Positions 30,214-39,366 of a stretch of DNA of 64,000 nt are shown piece after piece. The position numbers were made by a program, and so were the translations under genes. Under the pieces are notes generated by a model that worked only from the letters and a program-made list of their open reading frames with translations, searched no databases and had not been told where the DNA came from. Position 1 is the stretch's first letter; every line of letters starts with the position of its first letter. This stretch comes from Gammaproteobacteria bacterium (GTDB taxonomy: Bacteria > Pseudomonadota > Gammaproteobacteria > Magnimaribacterales > D2472): the NCBI GenBank assembly GCA_045564035.1, contig JBJLIA010000021.1, positions 6,702-70,701 on the forward strand, given 5' to 3'.

Positions 30214-30250
30214 CATAGACTCGCTAAAAATATTAAAATGCGAGTCTATG
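30214..30250 (+). promoter_or_regulatory. 11-bp perfect hairpin whose 3' arm contains the prfB start codon
   Basis: catagactcgc (30214..30224) pairs with gcgagtctatg (30240..30250) across a 15-nt A/T loop. The ATG is 30248..30250. The hairpin starts 22 nt after the stop of the upstream ORF. Confidence 0.6.
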
Positions 30251-31343
30251 GAAACAGGTGAAATTAAATCAGCTCTAACTGATCTCCGAGATCGCATGAA
30301 CGATCTCCGGGGGCATCTTTGACGTTGCTCATAAAGAAAGCTCTCTAGAAATCATAAATAATGAATTGTCTGATGAGTCCACGTGGTCTAATTTAGAACT
30401 TTCTCAATCCCTCAATAAAGAAAAAGCAGATTTAGAAAAATTTTTAAATTTTTTTCTATCAGTTGATGAAGCCGTCAATGACAATCTAGATCTATTAGAT
30501 ATTGCGAGTGAAGAATCAGATGACGCTTCAATAAATGAAATTAATGAAGAAACTCAAAATCTAATTTCTAGTGTAGAAGATTTAGAATTTAATAGAATGT
30601 TCTCTAATAAAATGGATCCTAATTCAGCATTTATTGATATCCAATCGGGCTCAGGTGGAACTGAAGCACAAGACTGGGCCGATATGCTTCTTAGAATGTA
30701 TACAAAATGGGCCGAAAAGCATGAATTCTCTGTTTCAGTTATTGAGCATTCTCCTGGAGAGGTTGCCGGAATCAAATCAGCATCATTACTGATTAAAGGA
30801 AGCTATGCCTATGGCTGGCTTAGAACTGAAACAGGAGTCCATAGATTGGTGCGGAAGTCGCCTTTTGATTCAGGCAGTAGAAGGCATACATCTTTTGCAT
30901 CTGTATTTATTTCCCCAGAAATTGATGACTCAATTGAAGTTGAATTAAATCCTGCCGATGTTCGAATTGATACCTACAGAGCGTCCGGAGCCGGGGGCCA
31001 ACATGTTAATAAAACAGATTCAGCTGTGCGTTTAACTCATGTTCCTTCAGGAACGGTTGTGCAGTGTCAAAATGATCGATCTCAACATAAAAATAAAGAT
31101 AATGCATTTAAGCAACTAAAATCAAAATTATATGAACTAGAATTACAAAAACAGAAAGATGAGCAGCAATTATTAGAAGATAGTAAATCTGATATTGGCT
31201 GGGGAAGTCAAATTCGTTCATATGTTTTAGATCAATCTCGCATTAAAGACTTAAGAACAAACGTTGAAAGTGGTAATATCTCTTCAATCCTAGACGGAGA
31301 TATAGATATTTTTATTAAAGCCAGTCTAACCCAAGGAGTATGA
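30248..31343 (+). CDS. prfB: Peptide chain release factor 2, with programmed +1 frameshift (join 30248..30319, 30321..31343)
   Basis: Frame 0 reads METGEIKSALTDLRDRMNDLRGHL and ends at CTT TGA C (30317..30323). The +1 frame continues DVAHKE.. into track ORF 30366..31343, with SPF (KSPFDS) and GGQ (SGAGGQHVN). The total of about 364 aa compares with 365 in E. coli. Confidence 0.95.
30308..30323 (+). promoter_or_regulatory. RF2 autoregulatory +1 frameshift site
   Basis: CGG GGG CAT CTT TGA C compares with E. coli AGG GGG TAT CTT TGA C. It has the internal SD-like GGGGG, the same 3-nt spacer, the CTT slippery codon and a TGA-C weak stop context. Confidence 0.9.
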
Positions 31344-32834
31344 ATGAGTGATTCAAATATTGGCGGCGAAGCCTCTATCTTAGAAGAAAGACGAAGAAAG
31401 CTTGAAGAGCTTAGAGAGCAGAATATAGCTTTTGTAAACAGTTTCACTCCTGCTAACAAGGCCCAAGAATTGCATGATTCCTATGGTCATTTGAACAAAG
31501 AAGAGCTTGAAGATAAAAAAATAACTAATCTATCAGTTGCAGGAAGAATAGTTCTAAAAAGAGTCATGGGTAATGCCAGTTTTATAACTATAAGAGATGG
31601 CTCAGGCGATATCCAAGCTTACATTAGCAAAAATAATATAGCTCCAGATTTGTATAAAAATTTTAAATCGTGGGACCTTGGAGATATTATCGGCATTAAG
31701 GGCAATCTATTTAAAACTAAAACAGAAGAACTGACAGTTGAAGTTCATTCAATTGTCTTAATCACTAAATCGTTAAGACCTATGCCTGAAAAACATAAAG
31801 GTTTGGCTGATATTGAAATTAAATATCGCCAAAGATATCTAGATTTGATGAGCAATCCTGAATCAAAGGAAGTTTTTATTAAGCGTTCTCAAATTGTGTC
31901 CTCTATCAGAGCTTCAATGCTGGCCGATAATTTTCTTGAAGTCGAAACACCTATGATGCACTCCATTCCTGGGGGAGCTGTAGCTAAACCCTTTATCACT
32001 CAACATAACGCTCTCGATAGGGAGCTCTTTTTAAGAATTGCGCCTGAACTTTACCTCAAAAGGTTGTTGGTTGGTGGTTTTGATAAGGTATTCGAAATTA
32101 ATAGAAGCTTTAGAAATGAAGGCCTATCAACGAGGCATAATCCAGAATTTACTATGTTAGAGTTTTACGCAGCATTTGCTACATTTGATGGAACGATAGA
32201 CTTCACTAAGAATATTATTCAGTCAGCGTCGGAGGCAATTGGAAATAGTAATCAAATAGAATGGGATGGTGACAAAATAGATCTTTCTAATTTTTCAACT
32301 AAAACTCTTAATGATCTAGTGTTAGAGCATAATTCTGAGCTGAGCAGAGCTCATTTAAATGATTTGGAAAAGCTTAGAAGTTATTCTCAATCAATCAAAG
32401 TACCATATAAGGACTCATGGGGAGTTGGAAAGGTTTTATTAGAAATTTTTGAAAAATCAGTTGAAGCCAATCTCATTCAACCAACTTTTGTAACAGAGTA
32501 TCCTGTTGAGGTTTCACCTTTATCTAGAAGAAATAATGAAAATTCATCTATCGCAGACAGATTTGAGTTATTTATTGGTGGCAAAGAAATCGCTAATGGC
32601 TTCTGCGAGTTAAATGATCCTGATGACCAGGCCGAAAGATTCCGGGCACAGGTTACAGCTAAAGCAGATGGTGATGACGAAGCTATGGGCTTTGATGAAG
32701 ATTACATCACCGCTTTGGAACATGGTATGCCCCCTGCAGTAGGAGTTGGCATTGGAATAGATAGACTGGTTATGATGTTAACCAATCAAAGCTCAATTAG
32801 AGATGTTATTTTATTTCCTCAATTAAAATCTTGA
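31344..32834 (+). CDS. lysS: Lysine--tRNA ligase (class II)
   Basis: 496 aa with an OB-fold N-domain and class II motifs (FRNEG, ..ELFIGGKEIANGF.ELNDP, GMPP..G.GIGIDRLVM). It starts directly after the prfB stop, matching prfB-lysS synteny. Confidence 0.95.
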   Translation: MSDSNIGGEASILEERRRKLEELREQNIAFVNSFTPANKAQELHDSYGHLNKEELEDKKITNLSVAGRIVLKRVMGNASFITIRDGSGDIQAYISKNNIAPDLYKNFKSWDLGDIIGIKGNLFKTKTEELTVEVHSIVLITKSLRPMPEKHKGLADIEIKYRQRYLDLMSNPESKEVFIKRSQIVSSIRASMLADNFLEVETPMMHSIPGGAVAKPFITQHNALDRELFLRIAPELYLKRLLVGGFDKVFEINRSFRNEGLSTRHNPEFTMLEFYAAFATFDGTIDFTKNIIQSASEAIGNSNQIEWDGDKIDLSNFSTKTLNDLVLEHNSELSRAHLNDLEKLRSYSQSIKVPYKDSWGVGKVLLEIFEKSVEANLIQPTFVTEYPVEVSPLSRRNNENSSIADRFELFIGGKEIANGFCELNDPDDQAERFRAQVTAKADGDDEAMGFDEDYITALEHGMPPAVGVGIGIDRLVMMLTNQSSIRDVILFPQLKS

Positions 32835-32838
32835 ATGG

Positions 32839-33288
32839 TTACCACCTATACTTTTCAAAATTTTCAGGGTTAGCCCAGCCTTCCGGATTATTCCAGCCTC
32901 GCTTATTGTTATAAGTTTTTAGGTTATATGAATAGACCCTTGCTTGAGTTATCTCAATATCATGATTAAAACCTAGTTCTAAAAAGTTTTGATGCTCACT
33001 ATCGTCTTGCTTTGCCTTCAAAATTAATATTTTTTGGGCAAGAATATTCTTTATTATGCCAATTTGGGTTTTTGATATCGGTATGTCATCAAAAATTATG
33101 CATAGGTCACTAGATTCAGCACTATTGGAGTCAAGATTGGCAAGGTCCATAATGGCTAAACTGTTTAAAGAGTCTTCACACAGATTTGCAAAAGAGCTTA
33201 AATCTTTTTTTGTTATAGCTAAAACTGATGAGACCTCTTCGTTGTGGATGACCTTTAGAAGAAAATCATTTAATCCACTTTTACTCAT
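32839..33288 (-). CDS. Conserved hypothetical protein, acidic, with a Trp-rich C-terminal motif
   Basis: 149 aa ending YNLKTYNNKRGWNNPEGWANPENFEKYRW. It starts immediately after the mdh stop (zero gap). I have only a vague memory of a gammaproteobacterial DUF with a similar tail, so I assign no function. Confidence 0.45.
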   Translation of the reverse strand: MSKSGLNDFLLKVIHNEEVSSVLAITKKDLSSFANLCEDSLNSLAIMDLANLDSNSAESSDLCIIFDDIPISKTQIGIIKNILAQKILILKAKQDDSEHQNFLELGFNHDIEITQARVYSYNLKTYNNKRGWNNPEGWANPENFEKYRW

Positions 33289-34287
33289 TTATGTTAATAG
33301 ATCCTCAACTGCAGACCTTTCATCAATTAGCTCGTCAGTTGAAATTTTTATTTTTTCTTTCGCAAATTCAGACAATATAATATCTCTTACAATCTCCACT
33401 TTTCCATCTGGAGTAGTCATCAAAGGCATGCCGCAAATAATTCCTTTAGGCAGATCATAACTTCCATCCGAAATTACAGCTGCGCTAAAACACTCTCCAG
33501 ACTGAGTAGGTCTCTCACAAGCCATAACAGTATCTAAAGCGGCTTTTGCGGCTGACGTAGCAGAGGAGGCTCCTCTAGAATCAATAACAGTCTTACCTCG
33601 TTGTTGAACAACCGGCAAAAAATCATTCTCTACCCAATCCATGTCATCAATGAGATCTTTTCCTGATGTCCCATTAACCATGATATTTTCAAAATCAGGA
33701 TACATGGTCGGACTATGATTGCCCCATATAATCATTTTGCTAATTTCTCTAATTCCAGTATTAATTTTTTTAGATAAGACCGATTTTGCTCTGCTCGAAT
33801 CTAACATCGTCATTGCCATCCATAATTGAGACTCATTGTTAGCAGCATGCCTGCCAATCAGAGCGTTTGTATTTGCAGGATTTCCAACAACTAAGATTTT
33901 TGCGTCCGATTTTCCAAACTTACCAATTGCTTGGCCCTGGCCTACAAAAATACCACCATTGATTTGAAGCAAGTCAGCTCGCTCTTCAATTTTTTTACCA
34001 TTGAAAACAATTCCTCTAGGAATACTTCCCACCAAGAGAAACCAGTCTGCATCTTGGGCAGCTTCTTCAAAGTTTGCTGTGTAATTCACATTTCCCATAT
34101 TCGGAAAGTTAGAATCCTCTAGTTCCATTACTAGGCCCTCTAACTTATCCACTACTTGAGGGATTTCTACTAATTCAAGATCAACAATTTTATCTCCAAA
34201 AGTATGTCCATCTACCAATCTTGGTATCAAAGAATAACTGATTTGTCCCGCTGCACCAGTTACAACAACTTTCACTCTATCTTTCAT
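33289..34287 (-). CDS. mdh: Malate dehydrogenase (NAD-dependent, long 'type 2' form)
   Basis: 332 aa with N-terminus VVVTGAAGQISYSL, LLVGSIPR, VVGNPANTNA, IWGNHS and catalytic His context. Confidence 0.9.
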   Translation of the reverse strand: MKDRVKVVVTGAAGQISYSLIPRLVDGHTFGDKIVDLELVEIPQVVDKLEGLVMELEDSNFPNMGNVNYTANFEEAAQDADWFLLVGSIPRGIVFNGKKIEERADLLQINGGIFVGQGQAIGKFGKSDAKILVVGNPANTNALIGRHAANNESQLWMAMTMLDSSRAKSVLSKKINTGIREISKMIIWGNHSPTMYPDFENIMVNGTSGKDLIDDMDWVENDFLPVVQQRGKTVIDSRGASSATSAAKAALDTVMACERPTQSGECFSAAVISDGSYDLPKGIICGMPLMTTPDGKVEIVRDIILSEFAKEKIKISTDELIDERSAVEDLLT

Positions 34288-34295
34288 AAAAATCC

Positions 34296-34892
34296 TTAAA
34301 AATTATTTTTATCTATTATATTCCGAAACGTTAAATTAATTCGTGGACCAATCACTTTTTGTGTCTTTTTTATTGAATGTTGCCAATTTTTTTGAGTTTT
34401 ACCGTCAATCAATATTAAACAGCCATGAGATTGAGGAATGGATAGAGTTTCTTTGGTAATTTTATTTCTAAATACTAGATCTCTCTCACTGCCAAAGGAA
34501 ATCGAGGCTATTGTAGGACTGGGGCCAAGCTCCTTTTCATCATCAGCATGCCATCCCATTGAATCTTTGCCATCCCTATAATAATTTACAAGCACAGAAT
34601 TAAAATCTATCTGAACTTCTTGATAAATTTTTTCTCTAATAATTTTTAAATCTTTAGTCCAATCTTGCCGATTTAATTTTTTACCCGAATACTTATAGTC
34701 ACACCCTTTATCGCCTACCCAGCACTGTAATCTGGGAATTAATGTGTCTTTGCCAAACATTTTAATTACCATTGACTTCCAAGGAAGCCTGGCTATTAAT
34801 TTCTCAAGCAATTGATTGGAATCAGTTGGATTAAAAAAATTATCTTTGATTCGAATTTTTAGATCGTTGTGCGCTACAATTTCATTCTTCAT
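34296..34892 (-). CDS. alkB: Alpha-ketoglutarate/Fe(II)-dependent dioxygenase AlkB (DNA/RNA alkylation repair)
   Basis: 198 aa with NYYRDGKDSMGWHADDE (HxD), SISFGSERDLVF, H.. and RINLTFR. Confidence 0.8.
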   Translation of the reverse strand: MKNEIVAHNDLKIRIKDNFFNPTDSNQLLEKLIARLPWKSMVIKMFGKDTLIPRLQCWVGDKGCDYKYSGKKLNRQDWTKDLKIIREKIYQEVQIDFNSVLVNYYRDGKDSMGWHADDEKELGPSPTIASISFGSERDLVFRNKITKETLSIPQSHGCLILIDGKTQKNWQHSIKKTQKVIGPRINLTFRNIIDKNNF

Positions 34893-34941
34893 AAGAGAGT
34901 TAGTATAGATATGTTTTCATTAAATCCAATTAGTCAAATCA

Positions 34942-36165
34942 ATGAGTAAAGTTTTAATTGTTGGAGGAGGGCATGCTGGAGCTAACACAGCTTTTGCATT
35001 AAGAAAAGACGGCTTTGATGGTGAAATAACTATTATCAGTGATGAGGGCTACCTTCCTTATCATAGACCTCCACTTTCGAAAGATTTTTTGAAACAAAAT
35101 CTAGCAATCGAAAAGTTAAGCTTTAAATCTGCTAATTTCTACGAAGAGCAAAATATCTCTATTAATTTAAATACTCAAATCGATTCCATTGATTTAGAAT
35201 TCAATCATGCTACTACAAAAGACGTATCTTTTAATTTTGACTATTTAGTTTTTGCTACAGGAGCATCTCCTAGACTATTACCAATGGAAAACTCGGATGC
35301 TAAAAACTTATTTTACTTGAGGCAAATAACAGATGTTTTATCGATACAGGAGTCAATTAGTTCAGCCAAGAATATAGTATTAATTGGGGGAGGTTACATA
35401 GGGCTTGAAGTCGCTTCGGCAATGATTGAGCTTGGTCTTAATGTTATTATTTTGGAGGCAGAAGATCGCATTCTTCAAAGAGTCACAAGCCCAGAAGTTT
35501 CAAATTTTTATAACCATTTTCATAGCAAAAAAGGCGTTGAAATAATTTGTAATGCAAGAGTTAGCAGTTTAAATGCAGAAAATAAAATGATTAACTCAGT
35601 ATCCTTAGAGACTGGTGAGAATATTTCTGCTGATATTGTTTTAGTGGGTATCGGAGCAATCCCCAATACACAACTTGCTGATTCTATTGGCTTAGACTGC
35701 AGCAATGGAATCAAGACTGATCAATATTGCAGAACCTCTGTTCCGAATATTCTCGCAGTAGGTGATTGCACCTCTTCATTTAATACTCTTTTCAATAAGG
35801 AAGTGCGACTTGAAAGTGTGCCAAATGCTTTAGCGCAAGCCAAAGTTGCAGCCTCCTCAATTATTGGCAATGAGTTAATCAATAATGAGTTGCCGTGGTT
35901 TTGGTCTGATCAATACGATCTAAAGTTACAAATGGCCGGCTTATCAATTGGTTATGACGAATGTCATATTATCGGTGATATTAATTCTGCAGAATTTGTA
36001 GCATGTTATGGCAAAGATGGACAATTAATTGCAGTTGATAGTGTTAACCAATCCAGACAGTTTATGTTATTTAAAAAAGCTCTTGGCAATGGCTTTCATC
36101 TGGATATGAGTCTTATAAAAGATAAAAATTTTCAACCTGAGTCGATTTTTTCGGGCTCAAATTAG
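34942..36165 (+). CDS. FAD-dependent pyridine nucleotide-disulfide oxidoreductase (ferredoxin/rubredoxin reductase-like)
   Basis: 407 aa with VLIVGGGHAGAN (FAD), VLIGGGYIGLEVA (NAD), AVGDC and a C-terminal reductase_C-like WFWSDQYD. Confidence 0.75.
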   Translation: MSKVLIVGGGHAGANTAFALRKDGFDGEITIISDEGYLPYHRPPLSKDFLKQNLAIEKLSFKSANFYEEQNISINLNTQIDSIDLEFNHATTKDVSFNFDYLVFATGASPRLLPMENSDAKNLFYLRQITDVLSIQESISSAKNIVLIGGGYIGLEVASAMIELGLNVIILEAEDRILQRVTSPEVSNFYNHFHSKKGVEIICNARVSSLNAENKMINSVSLETGENISADIVLVGIGAIPNTQLADSIGLDCSNGIKTDQYCRTSVPNILAVGDCTSSFNTLFNKEVRLESVPNALAQAKVAASSIIGNELINNELPWFWSDQYDLKLQMAGLSIGYDECHIIGDINSAEFVACYGKDGQLIAVDSVNQSRQFMLFKKALGNGFHLDMSLIKDKNFQPESIFSGSN

Positions 36166-36196
36166 TTAAAATAAATTAAATAACTCGGAGATAATT

Positions 36197-37102
36197 ATGA
36201 GCATAAGATTTGATGACAAAGTAGTAATCGTAACAGGCGCAGGCGGAGGCCTTGGAAAGCAACATGCTCTTGAGTTTGCAAGAAGAGGGGCAAAAGTTGT
36301 TGTCAATGATCTTGGAAGCGCTGTTGACGGCTCAGGAGGTTCGAGTGATGCAGCCAATGCGGTTGTAGAAGAAATTAAAGCTGAAGGTGGAGAGGCAATA
36401 GCAAATGGTTCAAGCGTTGCGGATCAGGAGGGAGTATCTAAAATGGTTACTGAAACCATGGATAAATGGGGTCGAATAGATATTTTAGTTAACAACGCAG
36501 GAATTTTAAGAGATAAGAGTTTTCATAAAGTTACAATTGAAGAATTTAATCAGGTCATGGATGTTCACTTTCAAGGTAGCTTTTATACCTCTCATGCTGT
36601 TTATCCAATTATGCGAGAGCAAAATTTTGGCAGAATAATTTTTACTACTTCCTCAGGCGGACTTGTTGGAAGTTTTGGCCAAACAAATTACGGTGCAGCA
36701 AAAATGGCTATGATCGGCTTGATGAATTGCTTGAAGATAGAGGGCCAAAAATATAATGTCTTCTCAAGTGCTGTTTCTCCAGTTGCTTTATCGAGAATGA
36801 CAGAATCTTTAATGCCAGATGGTCTTGGAGAGCGATTTTTGCCTGAATATGTAACTCCGGCTGTCATCTATCTTGCCAGTGAAGAGAGTCAAAATGGAGC
36901 GATCATTGGCGCTGGTGCGGGTGTATTTACCAGATTCAGAATTTTAGAAACAATGGGTCTAGCTCTCGGAACTGGAGATGACATGACTCCAGAGAATATA
37001 GCAGCCGGTTGGGATTCAATCTCTGATCTAGATGATGCAAGAGAGTTATTCAGCGGCCCCGAACAAACTATGAAAATTCTTGAGCAAGCAGATAAATCTT
37101 AA
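36197..37102 (+). CDS. SDR family oxidoreductase (MFE-2/hydroxyacyl-CoA dehydrogenase-like)
   Basis: 301 aa with VVIVTGAGGGLGK, NNAGILRD and YGAAK (the YxxxK catalytic motif). Confidence 0.75.
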   Translation: MSIRFDDKVVIVTGAGGGLGKQHALEFARRGAKVVVNDLGSAVDGSGGSSDAANAVVEEIKAEGGEAIANGSSVADQEGVSKMVTETMDKWGRIDILVNNAGILRDKSFHKVTIEEFNQVMDVHFQGSFYTSHAVYPIMREQNFGRIIFTTSSGGLVGSFGQTNYGAAKMAMIGLMNCLKIEGQKYNVFSSAVSPVALSRMTESLMPDGLGERFLPEYVTPAVIYLASEESQNGAIIGAGAGVFTRFRILETMGLALGTGDDMTPENIAAGWDSISDLDDARELFSGPEQTMKILEQADKS

Positions 37103-37710
37103 GCTGAAAAACTTTCTCTTTGAGACATTAGCTTAGTATGTCTTTTAATTTCCGGATAGTCTTTAAGCTCTAGACGATTTAAACCTATAAAAAAATCTGT
37201 TGTTGTGATCATTTGAATATCTGCAAATGTATACCTATCGCCGGCTACAAATTCTGATTCTGACAGCACACTATTAAAATATTTAAGGGATTTAATTCCT
37301 ATATTTAATTGAGTTTCACCATAATCTTTATTCTGCACTTCTAGCTTAGACATAGCAGGATGAAGGTGCCTAAACCCCATCGCTAAAGGAATCATAAGTT
37401 CGTTAAATACCCGAGCTTGCCACATTTCAATTGATGCTATCTCAATAGGATTTTCTCCAAACAAGTTAGGCTCAGGGTAAAGGGCCTCAAGATATCTACA
37501 TATAGCAGTTGATTCCATAATTACTGTTTCGTCATCAAGTTGCAGGGCTGGAATTCTTGAGTTTGGTGAAATCGATCGATATTCAGGTGTCTTATGCTCA
37601 CCTTTCATTATGTCAATTTCAACCATTTCAATATCAATAATATTTTTTTCAGCCATAAACATTCTTACTTTTCTAGGGCTGTTAGCCATTTTATTATCAT
37701 ACAATTTCAT
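37099..37710 (-). CDS. Glutathione S-transferase
   Basis: 203 aa with an N-terminal thioredoxin-like GST domain (SPRKVRMFMAEKNI..RIPALQLDD..ESTAICRYLE) and an alpha-helical C-domain. Confidence 0.75.
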   Translation of the reverse strand: MKLYDNKMANSPRKVRMFMAEKNIIDIEMVEIDIMKGEHKTPEYRSISPNSRIPALQLDDETVIMESTAICRYLEALYPEPNLFGENPIEIASIEMWQARVFNELMIPLAMGFRHLHPAMSKLEVQNKDYGETQLNIGIKSLKYFNSVLSESEFVAGDRYTFADIQMITTTDFFIGLNRLELKDYPEIKRHTKLMSQRESFSA

Positions 37711-37961
37711 TTTTTTTCTTCCCCAGCTTTTTTATTATTGTAATAACCCTTAAATGCTATATATGTTTGAATTAGATTTGCGATAACAAAAGCAGGTAAA
37801 TCAACTAAAAGAAAAACTAAAGCACCTGCAAACCTGCTGATTCCTGTCAAAATATATCCATTCAGTCTAGTTTCATGCTTTACAGAGCTGACCAAAGCAA
37901 GGCTCAGGATGCTAAGCACTAAAATTATCCACTGACCATATTGCAAGAATCCTTCAATCAC
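37707..37961 (-). CDS. Small 3-TM membrane protein (tentatively YgjV/SemiSWEET-like topology)
   Basis: 84 aa with a GTG start. Three hydrophobic segments; the last (DLPAFVIANLIQTYIAFKGYY) resembles TM3 of SemiSWEET-type proteins as I recall them. It has 4-nt overlaps with both neighbours (GTGA with the MFS stop, ATGA with the GST start). Confidence 0.4.
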   Translation of the reverse strand: MIEGFLQYGQWIILVLSILSLALVSSVKHETRLNGYILTGISRFAGALVFLLVDLPAFVIANLIQTYIAFKGYYNNKKAGEEKK

Positions 37962-39286
37962 GATGTCTCACCTTTAGCTAATTCAAGATTATTTTTTTCA
38001 GCATCTGCCCAGTCTCTTGGTAATTTACGTGCAACGATCAAAAAACTAATTACAGAGGGAATAAACATTAGCGAAGTTACAGTCATTGCATATCTAATTG
38101 ATTCAACGTCACTATAATTTGTGCTAAATAAATCTATCATCCACCCTGAGATACTTGGCCCAAGACCCAATCCAATCATGTTTAAAATAAAAAAGAATAA
38201 TGCTGTAGACATGGCTCGCATATGGATTGGAGCTAAGGTTTGTGCAATAGCAAAACTAGGCCCTAGATAAATACCCATAAACACTAAAAACAACGACGTA
38301 AATATTAAGTTCATTTCCACTGACGGGGACCACCAGGCTGCAATACCAATTGGCAGACATAATGTTATAGATATAGCTGGTAGCCAACCATAAGCTCTGA
38401 TATCTTTTTTGCCCCACTTATCTGCTAGTCTTGCACCAAAAAATGCTCCACCTGCATAGGTAATACCATTTATAACTCCGAGAATAATTACCAATGTTTG
38501 AAAATCAAAACTTGGATCTAGGGTGACAAGATATTTAGTATGAAAAGCAGACTTGGAATAAGATACAAAGGAGCCAAAAGCAATTCCAAAGCACATCGCC
38601 CACCAAGCCGGAATTCTAAGAAGGGTTTTAAGGGATTCAATAAAAGGAGGTTTTGCAATTTCTCTTTGATCATTAAATTCCATCGCCCCACGAACAGGCT
38701 CACGTATTACTAATTTAACGACTATGGCTAAGAGAACCCCAGTAACTCCCAAAAATACAAAAATCTCCCTCCAATTCACATCATCATTGGATGCGCCTAT
38801 AAGCGCAGCTGTGACAAAATAAGCAGCCATGACTCCAATAGGTATTCCCATCGCATATACCCCAAGAGCACTTGCTCTTTCTTCTTTCGGATACATATCA
38901 GAGATAATGGAATGAGACGGTGGGCTTCCTCCAGCCTCACCAATACCCACTCCCATTCGAGCGAGACCAATCTGTACAAAATTAGTTGCTAGGCCTGTTA
39001 AAGCGGTGAAGCCGCTCCAGGTAGCCAAAGCAATTGAAAGTATATTAACTCTATTATATCGATCGGCTAACCAAGCAATAGGTATTGCGACAGTTGTATA
39101 AAATACAGCAAATGCCAAGCCAATTAATAAGCCTAATTCTGTGTTAGTTAAAGATAAATCTTCTTGAATAAAGGGAGCCAATATACCGACTATCTGCCTA
39201 TCAATAAAATTAAATCCGTAGACAATAGTTAGCAATATTAGAACAAAAGTACGATAGCCTTTTGTTGGCTGATTGATATCAGTCAT
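37958..39286 (-). CDS. MFS transporter
   Basis: 442 aa and about 12 TM, with the MFS loop motif LADRYNR and GVGIGEAGGSPP. Confidence 0.8.
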   Translation of the reverse strand: MTDINQPTKGYRTFVLILLTIVYGFNFIDRQIVGILAPFIQEDLSLTNTELGLLIGLAFAVFYTTVAIPIAWLADRYNRVNILSIALATWSGFTALTGLATNFVQIGLARMGVGIGEAGGSPPSHSIISDMYPKEERASALGVYAMGIPIGVMAAYFVTAALIGASNDDVNWREIFVFLGVTGVLLAIVVKLVIREPVRGAMEFNDQREIAKPPFIESLKTLLRIPAWWAMCFGIAFGSFVSYSKSAFHTKYLVTLDPSFDFQTLVIILGVINGITYAGGAFFGARLADKWGKKDIRAYGWLPAISITLCLPIGIAAWWSPSVEMNLIFTSLFLVFMGIYLGPSFAIAQTLAPIHMRAMSTALFFFILNMIGLGLGPSISGWMIDLFSTNYSDVESIRYAMTVTSLMFIPSVISFLIVARKLPRDWADAEKNNLELAKGETS

Positions 39287-39366
39287 GCATGTCCCCCCAG
39301 TTTATGATGCTTAGATTATAGACTAGGGGGGCAGTATTGTGATGATTTAAAGCACTAAGCTTTACA

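Noticed and set aside
39293-39331. C6 ... G6 inverted repeat between nrdB and the MFS gene as a terminator
   Set aside because: The stem is only 6 bp of C:G with a 27-nt loop and no adjacent U tract on the transcribed (minus) strand. This is not convincing as an intrinsic terminator.
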